A stretch of DNA of 35,497 nt from a virus (taxonomy: Duplodnaviria > Caudoviricetes): IMG/VR virus record IMGVR_UViG_3300032295_000660, positions 1-35,497 of that record; one strand, written 5' to 3'. This document shows, in pieces, positions 24,296 through 32,891 of this stretch. Position 1 is the stretch's first letter, and each line of letters begins with the position of its first letter. The notes under the pieces are model-generated. The model had not been told where the DNA came from. It saw only the letters and a list, made by a program, of their open reading frames with translations, and searched no databases. The position numbers and the translations under genes are program-made.

Positions 24296-25674
24296 CAGCG
24301 AATCCCTGCTGCTTTCTTGAAGGCGTCAGCCGCCTGCTGATTTGGGAATGTAAGCACCTGGCCATTTGGAGCTGTAACTCTCACAGCAGCTGCTGCGGGA
24401 GCAGGTGCTGGAGTTGGAGCACCAGGTGCGGCCGGAGGTGGAGTTCCAGGCGCGGTCGGTGCTATTTCGGTTGGCGTGTAGAAGATGTTTTCCGTCTTTA
24501 AGCCGTAGCCCTTGGCGATGCGCTCGATGCCCTGGCGAACCTGGGCTTCTTGTTGCTGCGCGGTCGTGTACAGCTTACCAGCTTGGCCTTTGAAGGCGTT
24601 GCGCTGTGATGCGGAAAGACGTTCGCCGCTGATGACCTTGTTGTACACGTTTTGGATGCGCTCAGGAACACCGGCCGCGTTTTGAGCTGTGGCGAATTCG
24701 CCCTCGCGCACGACAGAACCGGGGTCGAGCATTTTCATATAGCCAAAGATCAGCGACAGATCACCAACCGCGTTGTCCTCAGAGGAAAGCACACGGCCAT
24801 AGGCAGACTTGACCTCTTGGTAGCCTTTGGTCTGGTCACTGTATTCCCTGCGAAACTTTGTTTCGGCCTCTGGACGCTTGTCGGCAGGAATGATGCCGGC
24901 ACTGATTTGATCGGCTTCTGCTTGAGCACGTCTTGCATCTGCGCCGGACTTTGCAGCCGCGGCTTCAGAAGCACGACGGGCAGCCTTGGATGCTTCGATC
25001 TGAGCCTGCGTGAGGCCCAACTCTGCGCCAAACTTGTCTGGCGCAAACTTGGCCTCGGCCTCTTTGATGATGGCCTCTGATGTGGCTTTGCGAAGCGTGA
25101 ATGGTTGCAGCTCCTGCTTGCGACGGTCTTCTTCCAGCTTAACAGCGCTTTCGATGACCTTGTCACCACCTGGCATCTGTGAGATGGTAAAGCCAAAGTA
25201 ATCCTCGGCTGCCTTTGGGTTTTCCTTTGCCACGTCGCGCCATGTCTCCAGGAACTTTGCGCCTTCCTCGTCGCCGCTGTTGCGTCGCGCCGTGATCTGC
25301 TGGTCGAGCAGATTCACAGCAATGTCAGGCTTGCCGGACTTGAAGGCCGAAAACACCTGACCAGAGCGCTGCAGGGCATTTTGCTGCTGGTCAGCGTTGA
25401 TCAGGCTGAAGCTCTCGCGCACCGCCTTGGCCTGCGTCTCTGGCAGCATCATGGCCAGGTCGGCGTAGTCCTTGGCCGTTGCACCAGGCTGGCGCAAACG
25501 CTCAAAGGCCTGCATGACTGTCTTTTGCTGTTCAGCTTGTCGCTGAGCCTGCTCTTGCGCCATGCGGGTTTCGGTGATGGCTGTGCCAGTCTTGAAAGCC
25601 TGCAGGAATGTCTGCGACGGATCTGGCACGTCAATGCCATAGTTGATTGGGCCCATTGGGAGTTGAAGTGCCAT
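24295..25674 (-). CDS. DNA ejection/transfer protein (gp20-like position)
   Basis: PINY...Q-rich coiled coil; MKMLDPGSVVREGEF motif. Confidence 0.65.
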   Translation of the reverse strand: MALQLPMGPINYGIDVPDPSQTFLQAFKTGTAITETRMAQEQAQRQAEQQKTVMQAFERLRQPGATAKDYADLAMMLPETQAKAVRESFSLINADQQQNALQRSGQVFSAFKSGKPDIAVNLLDQQITARRNSGDEEGAKFLETWRDVAKENPKAAEDYFGFTISQMPGGDKVIESAVKLEEDRRKQELQPFTLRKATSEAIIKEAEAKFAPDKFGAELGLTQAQIEASKAARRASEAAAAKSGADARRAQAEADQISAGIIPADKRPEAETKFRREYSDQTKGYQEVKSAYGRVLSSEDNAVGDLSLIFGYMKMLDPGSVVREGEFATAQNAAGVPERIQNVYNKVISGERLSASQRNAFKGQAGKLYTTAQQQEAQVRQGIERIAKGYGLKTENIFYTPTEIAPTAPGTPPPAAPGAPTPAPAPAAAAVRVTAPNGQVLTFPNQQAADAFKKAAGIR

Positions 25675-26321
25675 CAGAATTTACCTCCAAGGCCAGAGAA
25701 GATGCCAAGGCCGCCAGAGATGGCAGACGGGATCGACGCAAAAGCCTTACCTGCAGCCATCTGGCCGCCAGCAGTTGCAGCGCCCTGTGCTGCAAGAAGT
25801 GACGCAATGTTGCTGCCAGTTTCCTGTGCTGCAGCGCCGGTGCCTGCTGCCGATGCTTGGCCAAACTTGGCCAGGCCACCGAGCTGACCATATTGCTGCT
25901 CAATCAGTTGGCTGAGAATTTGTGGCCGGAATTGGGCCAGGGCTGCCTGCACGTTGCCACCACGCAGACCACCAGTGGCAGATGCGCGTTGCAGCAGGGC
26001 GTTTTCACCTTGCTGTGTGAGCGCCTCAAACGCCGGGCCTTGCTCGATGGCCGAGATCGCGGCTCGCTGTGCCTCTGGGCCTTGCACGCCGACAAGGGCT
26101 TGCTGCTGCTTGAATGCCTCAGTGCCTCCGGTGACATACGGCTCGAGCAGTTTTTGCACGACGTCAAACTGGCGACGCTGCTCTTCAATACCAGCTTGTG
26201 AGGCGCCAGCCTGCGTCGCGGCTGCGTCTTTTGCTGCCTCGCCTTGCATGTAGCCAGAAACCAGCGTCGCACCGCCAACGGCAACGCCAGCCAGTGCGGC
26301 TCCAGATAATCCAAAAGTCAT
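25674..26321 (-). CDS. DNA ejection protein (gp7-like)
   Basis: Gly/Ala-rich; PY..GG, ASATGGLRGGN motif. Confidence 0.8.
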   Translation of the reverse strand: MTFGLSGAALAGVAVGGATLVSGYMQGEAAKDAAATQAGASQAGIEEQRRQFDVVQKLLEPYVTGGTEAFKQQQALVGVQGPEAQRAAISAIEQGPAFEALTQQGENALLQRASATGGLRGGNVQAALAQFRPQILSQLIEQQYGQLGGLAKFGQASAAGTGAAAQETGSNIASLLAAQGAATAGGQMAAGKAFASIPSAISGGLGIFSGLGGKF

Positions 26322-26776
26322 TTTGCGCCCTCCAGGTGCGGGTGTTGGACGGCCTCCAAAGCCAAAGCCGGTGCCGGGACGGTGTACATGTCCCAGATGG
26401 TCTTCGGGTCAGTTTCGTTTGTGGGGTTCGCGTGGAACGTGGTCACTTCAACGTCAGTCAGCGCAACGCCAGCACGCTTGGTGTGGGGTTTGGTGACGCT
26501 CATGAAGCCGGGACCAACATTGGCCGAGCCGTCGTCAGTAGTGACGATCAGGTGGCCTTTGCGAACAACAAAGAAGGACTCGTCCTTGTGCACTGCGCCG
26601 GTCAGGACTGTGCCAGCCGGGATGTGCATGGTGCGAGCGTAGAGGCCATTGCAGAAGTCGTGATCGACTGGCATCTCAACCTGGGGCAACTTGAGCAGTT
26701 CGGCCTCCAGGCGATAAATCGGCAGGTGCTCTGCTGGCACTTGCTCCTCAATTTCCTGAACCGCAGCATTGCTCAT
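26318..26776 (-). CDS. Cupin-like protein in the tail module
   Basis: H.F..GLYARTMHIPAGTVLTGAVHK; AGGAG SD before 26776. Confidence 0.7.
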   Translation of the reverse strand: MSNAAVQEIEEQVPAEHLPIYRLEAELLKLPQVEMPVDHDFCNGLYARTMHIPAGTVLTGAVHKDESFFVVRKGHLIVTTDDGSANVGPGFMSVTKPHTKRAGVALTDVEVTTFHANPTNETDPKTIWDMYTVPAPALALEAVQHPHLEGAK

Positions 26777-26854
26777 GGGGCACTCCTGTGAAGGGTGAGC
26801 CACTGGCAGCTCGGACAGCTCAGTGCCGTTATTGTCCCACATTTGCATGGCCTG

Positions 26855-27253
26855 TCAATCCATCTCAAAGTCGCGCTCTTCCCAGGCTTGGCAAGAACGG
26901 AGGTCGTGACAGATGAAGTCAAACTTGCGGCAGTAACCGCGGAATCCAGCGTCGGTGTCCCAATCGTTGCGCGGGATGCGCTCCATCAAGGCCTGCTTGT
27001 AGGTGCTGTTGTCGTAATACTCGCAGTTTGAGCAGCGACGACGACGAGCCTCTTTTTCGTCCACCTGCATGGCCTTGCCAAGTGCAACCCAGTAGACCTT
27101 GTTGGCGGTTGGCTCGTTGCTTGGGTTTTCAGGGCCAAGCATCCAGTCGTCGATGACGGTCTGGGTGTTTTTTTTGTTCTCGGCCGTGGTAATGAACGGC
27201 ATCGAATCTGGCAGGCCAGTGAATCCAGCCATCATGATCTTTGGCATTTCCAT
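26855..27253 (-). CDS. Cys-rich protein with HiPIP-like motif
   Basis: RCSNC...GYC...C..RSCQAW. Confidence 0.7.
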   Translation of the reverse strand: MEMPKIMMAGFTGLPDSMPFITTAENKKNTQTVIDDWMLGPENPSNEPTANKVYWVALGKAMQVDEKEARRRRCSNCEYYDNSTYKQALMERIPRNDWDTDAGFRGYCRKFDFICHDLRSCQAWEERDFEMD

Positions 27254-27263
27254 GGTGTTTTCC

Positions 27264-27596
27264 TTAAGTGATTTCGCGGCCTGATGCGCGGATGGTCAGT
27301 GCAGTAGCTGTGCCAGTGGTTGAGATAAATCCACCAGCGGCCAGCACTTGGCCAACCAGCTCTGGGAAAGTGTATGTCTCGTCCGGTGCGATTGCGCGGC
27401 TGTCCACGATCAAGTTGGTCGCTCCTGCGGTGCCGCCGACACTCACCAGGTTGACGCTGATCAGCGCATTGCTGGCGCTGGTGTTGGTGGCGGTGAATTT
27501 GTCGATGATGGCCGTGCAGTTGGTGGCGGTGTATTGCGTGGTCTGCGCCGCCTCCATCTGCTTGGAGCCAATGAGGGGTTTTGCTGTGACTGCCAT
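27264..27596 (-). CDS. Hypothetical virion protein
   Basis: AAGGAG SD; beta-rich; resembles its neighbour. Confidence 0.75.
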   Translation of the reverse strand: MAVTAKPLIGSKQMEAAQTTQYTATNCTAIIDKFTATNTSASNALISVNLVSVGGTAGATNLIVDSRAIAPDETYTFPELVGQVLAAGGFISTTGTATALTIRASGREIT

Positions 27597-27606
27597 GTCG
27601 TTCTCC

Positions 27607-27942
27607 TTAAGTGGCTTCTGCGCCGCTGGCGATGATGGTCAGGCCTACCGATGCGGCCTGGATTTGAATGGTGTCGCCTGCGTTCAGCACCTCTATGCCG
27701 TTGTACTGCAGGGTGTTGTTTGCAGGGACGGAAACGTCGTACAGAAACGCATTGCCAGTTCCAGCCGATCCTGCCAAAGGAACCAAGAACACGCGCACAT
27801 TGATGGCAGTGCCTGTGGTGTTGGCGATGCTGAATTCTTTGAGCAGCGTGCGAGTGCTGGCCGGGACGGTGTACAGCGTGGTGACGCCAGTCGTGATGGC
27901 GGCTTGGCCGAGTTTAGTGGGTGTGATTACATCGAAAGCCAT
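27607..27942 (-). CDS. Hypothetical virion protein
   Basis: TLYTVPA....ANT...VL.AGD.I. Confidence 0.75.
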   Translation of the reverse strand: MAFDVITPTKLGQAAITTGVTTLYTVPASTRTLLKEFSIANTTGTAINVRVFLVPLAGSAGTGNAFLYDVSVPANNTLQYNGIEVLNAGDTIQIQAASVGLTIIASGAEAT

Positions 27943-28340
27943 GTGAGCACCTGATTAGATCGCACGGATGCGGGAAGGTTGGCCAAAGGCAAGATGCCGT
28001 TCACATCATGCGCCAGCTCGACATTGTTGCGCACTGGAGCAAGCGCCAGCATTTCAAGAGCGTTTTCAATTCGCCCAATGCTGTCCAAAGCCTGCGCAGC
28101 CTTCTGATCTGCATTGTCTGCATTGATTGCGACATCCTTGGCCAAGCTCGCGATCTGAGCCAGTGCCTCATTTGCTGCCGCACCTGCATTGCTTGCCTCG
28201 ATGCTGATGCCTTCCGTGTCAGTTGCTGGAGATACTTCATCAGCGACCTGAAACAGGCGCTCGAACTGCCTGATCTGCTCGTGGTTCTTGAGGAACGTGG
28301 CGAGCTGATCGCGGGTGAGGTTGAGTTTTTGAGTGGCCAT
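27927..28340 (-). CDS. Hypothetical tail protein (needle-like position)
   Basis: LTRDQLA.FL...IRQFE.LF; helical; follows gp10. Confidence 0.65.
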   Translation of the reverse strand: MATQKLNLTRDQLATFLKNHEQIRQFERLFQVADEVSPATDTEGISIEASNAGAAANEALAQIASLAKDVAINADNADQKAAQALDSIGRIENALEMLALAPVRNNVELAHDVNGILPLANLPASVRSNQVLTWLSM

Positions 28341-28342
28341 GG

Positions 28343-29752
28343 TCAGTAGGCCAGCGGCTCAAGTTGCGCCTCAAGACGGGCAAACGACAAATGCGCTTGG
28401 CTGTCGCCACGAAATCTTTGGATGCGCCAGTTGCGCATGTGGCCCTGCTGAAACCAGGCCAGGCGCTTCGTGGTGTTGCCGGTCGTGCCAACTCGCACAC
28501 CGCGGTCTTGGCTCCATGCCATGCCGTCCACCGAGTAGCTTGTTGTGATGATCGGGTCAATGCCTAAGGCCACGCGGCCGGTGAGGCTTACCAGCTCCAG
28601 CTTGTTGAAGATCGCGCCATTGCCTTCGTTGTAGACGATGATGGTGCCAAACTCCCAGCGAACTATCTGGCCCCAGTGCGTGCCGATGTTGTCCACCAGA
28701 TAGCCAATGCTCGAGGATTGAGGATCGCCAACCAGCCACTTGTCATATGCCCAGACAAGGTTTCGCGCACGGTACTGACTGAATCCAACGGTCGAAGTTG
28801 TCAGTGTGAACCAGACCTGAGTCTGCAGCTCCTGCGATGCGGCTGCATCATAGACCAGCGTTTTGTCTGGCAGGTGCACATACAGATGCTCATGCGCTTT
28901 GTCGTTGCGCGCCTCCAGCTTTACCTGGGAAAGTTGCGTCTCGGTGTAGTCCAGAAGCAGATCGTCGATTTCCTGCGTGCTGATTTTTTGAGCAGTTGCA
29001 TTTGCGCCGATGTAGATGCCTGGGGCCTCGTTGCGGCCGCTGCCTAAGAAGGCGATGGTGTCCACATAAACGCAGCAGGCAAATGTGCCAACGACGCCTT
29101 TCGTGACCTGTGCGCCATCGATGCGCTGAAATGGGAAAAACTCGCCGCCAACGTTGTCGAACACCTCGATGGTGTTGCGGTTCAGTGCATAAACCTCGTT
29201 GCGCAGCTTGAGCAAAGCCACCACGGGGTCGGGGTCAACCTCGGAGCTGCCGTACTTCAGCGGGTTGACCTGGGTGGGGTCTGACAGCTCGGTTACCACC
29301 AAGAACTCGCCATCGGTGGTCATGAAGTAGCCATCCACCCAGACCACATCCAGCACGACGCCAAGGTCGGGGTCGGTGACTTGCACCAGGCCAAGTGCGC
29401 TGTTCCAGTAGTACAGGCGGCCACCTGACGCAATGGCCAGTCGGTCGAAGCTGTAGTCCATGGTCACCAGGGTGTTGACTGGGCCGCCAACGTCACCCAG
29501 CACGGTCACAGCGCCATTGCTGGCCACGGTCACCAGCTTGGTGCCCATAACCCGATAGCAGACGCCGTTCCAGTTGATGCCGCCACGGTCGATGCCTGGG
29601 CCAGTGCCGTTGGCCACGATGCCATCACCAGGACGCAGAAAACCAGCGCTGATGCCGGACTGCTTTGGCACGGGCACCATGTTGACAGGGTAGCTCGTGC
29701 GCAGATCAGGGCCGTTGTCGGTGTAAATGCCGTTGAGGATTTGAATTTGCAT
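28343..29752 (-). CDS. Packaged-DNA stabilization/tail hub protein (P22 gp10-like)
   Basis: P.NMVP...LRP..GI, YRV.GTKL, DGYF, E.DPD, TIEVF.N.G. Confidence 0.88.
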   Translation of the reverse strand: MQIQILNGIYTDNGPDLRTSYPVNMVPVPKQSGISAGFLRPGDGIVANGTGPGIDRGGINWNGVCYRVMGTKLVTVASNGAVTVLGDVGGPVNTLVTMDYSFDRLAIASGGRLYYWNSALGLVQVTDPDLGVVLDVVWVDGYFMTTDGEFLVVTELSDPTQVNPLKYGSSEVDPDPVVALLKLRNEVYALNRNTIEVFDNVGGEFFPFQRIDGAQVTKGVVGTFACCVYVDTIAFLGSGRNEAPGIYIGANATAQKISTQEIDDLLLDYTETQLSQVKLEARNDKAHEHLYVHLPDKTLVYDAAASQELQTQVWFTLTTSTVGFSQYRARNLVWAYDKWLVGDPQSSSIGYLVDNIGTHWGQIVRWEFGTIIVYNEGNGAIFNKLELVSLTGRVALGIDPIITTSYSVDGMAWSQDRGVRVGTTGNTTKRLAWFQQGHMRNWRIQRFRGDSQAHLSFARLEAQLEPLAY

Positions 29753-29755
29753 GGC

Positions 29756-30043
29756 TTATTTCCACTTAACGCGATCTGCCCAGTATGCCGCGCTCATCTT
29801 TCCCTTGGCAATGTTCTCTGCGTGCCTGGCCTTGAATGATTCGCGCCGGGCCTTGTCCGCTTTGGACTCGCCTTCGCGCTTTGGTGACCCAGACACACCC
29901 TGCTGGCCAAAACGAATGGTCTTGACCTGGTCGCCAACCTTGGCCACGACAACGTGGCTCTTGGTTGGATGCGAAGGCGTGCGCTTGGGCTTGTTGTAGC
30001 TCTCGACGCCTGCGCGTGCCAGTCTGGTGTCTTTGGTGGCCAT
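29756..30043 (-). CDS. Small basic protein (KSHVV...IRFGQQG...F.ARH...SAAYWA..KW)
   Basis: Recognisable basic viral protein motif. Confidence 0.75.
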   Translation of the reverse strand: MATKDTRLARAGVESYNKPKRTPSHPTKSHVVVAKVGDQVKTIRFGQQGVSGSPKREGESKADKARRESFKARHAENIAKGKMSAAYWADRVKWK

Positions 30044-30045
30044 GA

Positions 30046-31236
30046 TCAGAAGATAGCTTGCAAGCTGTAATATTCCAATTGAACCAACTCATTTGCAGTT
30101 GTTGGTTGAGCAGTGATTGCAAATGTCTGATCCACATTAGTGTTAACACTTAGTGTCAAGACAGTACCTGTTGACGCTCCATGGCCAGTTGCGCCAACTG
30201 CACTTGAGACAATTTGCGATCCGCCACGGTTAACGATCTCTTTTTGAATCGATACGCTTGCATTGTTAGCCGCAGCCAATGTGAAGATTGCGCTTCCACC
30301 AAAAGTCATATTCAGGTTTTTGGCATTGGCGCTGTTGGTCAAGCTGAAAAGTGCATTTATTTCTATCTGTCCACCAGTTCCGACTGACCAGCCTGGCACA
30401 GTGACGGAGGCAAGAGTGACTGCTGTGTTAGCCACTGCGACCACTGCTGTTCCGTACCAGACCAAGGCTGTTTGAGTGCCTGACTGTGTGCCGCTGGTTG
30501 TAACTGCTGCGCCGCCTGCTGAGGTGGAGACGGTGAAGGTGTTGGCCGACAGCACGGTTTTGACGTAGTACGTGGTGTTGATGGCCAAGCCTGTGGGCAG
30601 TGCACCTGTGGTGGTGAAGCGGATCGTGTCATTGACCGATAAGCCGTGGCCAGTCCATGTGACCACGCCAGGCGCTGCAATGCTGATCGTGACGGTGGCG
30701 CTTTTGTAAGCCAGATCGATTGTGACTGCTGTTCCGGTGGTGTCGGTGTCCAATGCTGTGACTGGGTACAAACCAGTCACACCTGTGCCACCAGTCCATG
30801 TCACATAGACATTTTCACCAACTGCCACAGCTGCTGTGAGGCCGTGAGCTCCAGCGCTGTTCAAGCGAACTTTGCCTGCGTTGTTGTTGTAGGTCAGCGT
30901 CGTGAATGTGCCAGCAGGCTCGACCAGTCCGATTGGGCCTTTGTTCTCAAGCATCAATTGAGGAAAGCTGCGCAACTTGGGCTGTGTGCTGATGTCGTAC
31001 TCGACCTGAGCGTTGCGGCTGGAGATGCGAATCACACGATCTTGACCGTAGGGGCCAAAGGTCTGGGCGCTGTTGAACAGGCTGCCGATGGTGGTGTAGA
31101 TCCAAGCCTGGCCTGGGTAGGCTGTTTGCAGTTGGACGGTGGTGGGCTCGTCGCCCGTGTTGCCGATGCTGATCAACTGGCCTGCTGGGATTGGCAGATC
31201 AACGTCGTTGGTGGTGGCTGATGGCTGAATGAACAT
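30046..31236 (-). CDS. Thr-rich virion surface/decoration protein
   Basis: HGL..ND.I.F.T.G.LPTGL...TYYV repeat-type domain. Confidence 0.65.
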   Translation of the reverse strand: MFIQPSATTNDVDLPIPAGQLISIGNTGDEPTTVQLQTAYPGQAWIYTTIGSLFNSAQTFGPYGQDRVIRISSRNAQVEYDISTQPKLRSFPQLMLENKGPIGLVEPAGTFTTLTYNNNAGKVRLNSAGAHGLTAAVAVGENVYVTWTGGTGVTGLYPVTALDTDTTGTAVTIDLAYKSATVTISIAAPGVVTWTGHGLSVNDTIRFTTTGALPTGLAINTTYYVKTVLSANTFTVSTSAGGAAVTTSGTQSGTQTALVWYGTAVVAVANTAVTLASVTVPGWSVGTGGQIEINALFSLTNSANAKNLNMTFGGSAIFTLAAANNASVSIQKEIVNRGGSQIVSSAVGATGHGASTGTVLTLSVNTNVDQTFAITAQPTTANELVQLEYYSLQAIF

Positions 31237-31257
31237 GGGGATCTCCTTGGATGGGGT

Positions 31258-31713
31258 TTAGGCGACGCGATACCAGCTGTTGGTGGCCTGGTAGAAGCGC
31301 ATGGTAAAGAAGGCATTGGCGGCCAGCGTGGTGGGTGCGCCGAAGGCTGCTGCTGCGCCGTTCAAGGCCAGCGTGAAGCTGGTGATGATCTGGGTGGTGG
31401 TGACCAGTACCTGTGTGCCGTCTGGCACGCCAGTGTTCAATGGCAGCGTGACTGTGCCTGCGGCCAGAGTTCCGGCAGGCTGGATGACCATCCACTGCTG
31501 TTCGCTGGTGGGCGTGGGCACTGTGATGTTGAATCCGGTGGCTGGGGTGTAGAGGTTCGTGGCCACGGTAGGGGCTGCGAAGGTCTGCTGGAAATACTGC
31601 AGCAGCGCACCGATGGGAAGACGTCGTGCGTCGCCGTTGTTCGGGGTGTAGACGGGAATCTGGTCGCCTGGTGAGGCAACAGCGAGCAGCGGCAGTTGGT
31701 TGATGTAGGCCAT
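31258..31713 (-). CDS. Hypothetical virion protein
   Basis: AAGGA SD; between gp4 and gp10 homologs. Confidence 0.75.
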   Translation of the reverse strand: MAYINQLPLLAVASPGDQIPVYTPNNGDARRLPIGALLQYFQQTFAAPTVATNLYTPATGFNITVPTPTSEQQWMVIQPAGTLAAGTVTLPLNTGVPDGTQVLVTTTQIITSFTLALNGAAAAFGAPTTLAANAFFTMRFYQATNSWYRVA

Positions 31714-31722
31714 GGTGAATCC

Positions 31723-32205
31723 TTAGTTGAACTGGAGTGGGCCGTCTGGGCCAGCGTCGACAGGATCGACGGGTGGACGGATGAAAGGGTTGTCGTAGAC
31801 GCGCCATGGCTTGTTGCCAGCGCCAGCAGGCATGGTGGCTGGGAGCTGTTGCTCGGGCGGCATGGTGGCACGTTGCAGCAGGGTGTTGTAGCTGTCCTTG
31901 GCCACGGCCTTGGTCTCAGGCATCACCACCTTGCCGTAGCCAGGAGCGAGCCGAACAGCACCATTGGTGATGATCGCTTCATTCGCCCAGTCTGGCACCA
32001 GTGTCGGCTCGTCCAGGTCGCTGTCTTGTGGGCTGTTTGGCAGTGGGTAGCCAAGACGGATGCCCTTGCCGTTCCAGTCGGCCATCATGGCATCGATGCG
32101 ACGCATGGCGGACTGGAGTTGTTCTGGCTGCAGGTCAAAGACATAGGACGCAAGGCCGATCTCTTCAAATGCCGCAGCGACGAATTGGCGCTTGCTGTAC
32201 CCCAT
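31723..32205 (-). CDS. Head-to-tail adaptor (P22 gp4-like)
   Basis: D.QPEQ...A....D.MMA.W...GI.LGY...A.RLAP.YG...MP.GAGN. Confidence 0.88.
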   Translation of the reverse strand: MGYSKRQFVAAAFEEIGLASYVFDLQPEQLQSAMRRIDAMMADWNGKGIRLGYPLPNSPQDSDLDEPTLVPDWANEAIITNGAVRLAPGYGKVVMPETKAVAKDSYNTLLQRATMPPEQQLPATMPAGAGNKPWRVYDNPFIRPPVDPVDAGPDGPLQFN

Positions 32206-32206
32206 G

Positions 32207-32509
32207 TCAGGCCTCCTGCTTGTTGAGTGCTTCGGTGATCATGGCCAGCAGCTTCTCGTCGCTGGTGCGCTTGGTGAATGTCAGGCCGAGTTCTTTGGCC
32301 TTCTCGACCAGCTCGATGCGGGTCGGCGCTTCGCTGTCGTCAGGCACTGAGGTCTCCACGACTTTGGACACTTGAGGTGCGGCTGCAGCTGCGGCTGCCT
32401 GCTCGCGCAACAGACGGTGATTGATGCCGTCGATGGGCTTGGAGGGCTTGCGCACCTTCACTGGCTTTTTGCCCTTGCGGTGTTTAGGCATGAGGATGTT
32501 GTCTTGCAT
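32207..32509 (-). CDS. Hypothetical protein with HeH/Rho-N-like C-terminal motif
   Basis: TRIELVEKAKELGL.F..RTSD.KL. Confidence 0.65.
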   Translation of the reverse strand: MQDNILMPKHRKGKKPVKVRKPSKPIDGINHRLLREQAAAAAAAPQVSKVVETSVPDDSEAPTRIELVEKAKELGLTFTKRTSDEKLLAMITEALNKQEA

Positions 32510-32670
32510 CACTTGGCCTTCTTCTTCATGGGCTTGGCGGTCTTGGCAGCTGCCTTGAAGTCTGCGGCTGTGGGTGCACCTTTGGCACCTGCTTTGCGCA
32601 TCTTTTCTTTGCTGCCTGCTTCAATGCGCTCGCGTTTGGCGTTGATGTTGGCGTAGAGACCTGGCTTCAT
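32509..32670 (-). CDS. Small Lys/Ala-rich basic protein (53 aa)
   Basis: Hand-translated MKPGLYANINAKRERIEAGSKEKMRKAGAKGAPTAADFKAAAKTAKPMKKKAK; overlaps on both sides. Confidence 0.8.
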   Translation of the reverse strand: MKPGLYANINAKRERIEAGSKEKMRKAGAKGAPTAADFKAAAKTAKPMKKKAK

Positions 32671-32837
32671 TTCATGGCCCTCTTGGGTGCTTTGCTGGGT
32701 TTGCCTGCTGCCTTAGCTGCTTTCTCGGCTGTGCTGAGTGCAATGGCCACGGCTTGCTTCATGGGCTTGCCTGCTTTCTTTTCCATCTTGATGTTCTTGC
32801 CGATGGACTTGCTCGAATAACCTTTGGTCAATGGCAT
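32667..32837 (-). CDS. Small Lys/Ala-rich basic protein (56 aa)
   Basis: Hand-translated MPLTKGYSSKSIGKNIKMEKKAGKPMKQAVAIALSTA...; AGGAG SD. Confidence 0.8.
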   Translation of the reverse strand: MPLTKGYSSKSIGKNIKMEKKAGKPMKQAVAIALSTAEKAAKAAGKPSKAPKRAMK

Positions 32838-32853
32838 GGGGTTCTCCTATTGC

Positions 32854-32885
32854 AAAAAGGGGGGCCGAAGCCCCCCAGTTTTTTG
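32854..32885 (-). terminator. Intrinsic terminator after coat gene (possibly bidirectional)
   Basis: GGGGGGC-TTCG-GCCCCCC followed by TTTTT; A-tract on the other side. Confidence 0.88.
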
Positions 32886-32891
32886 GCCAGA

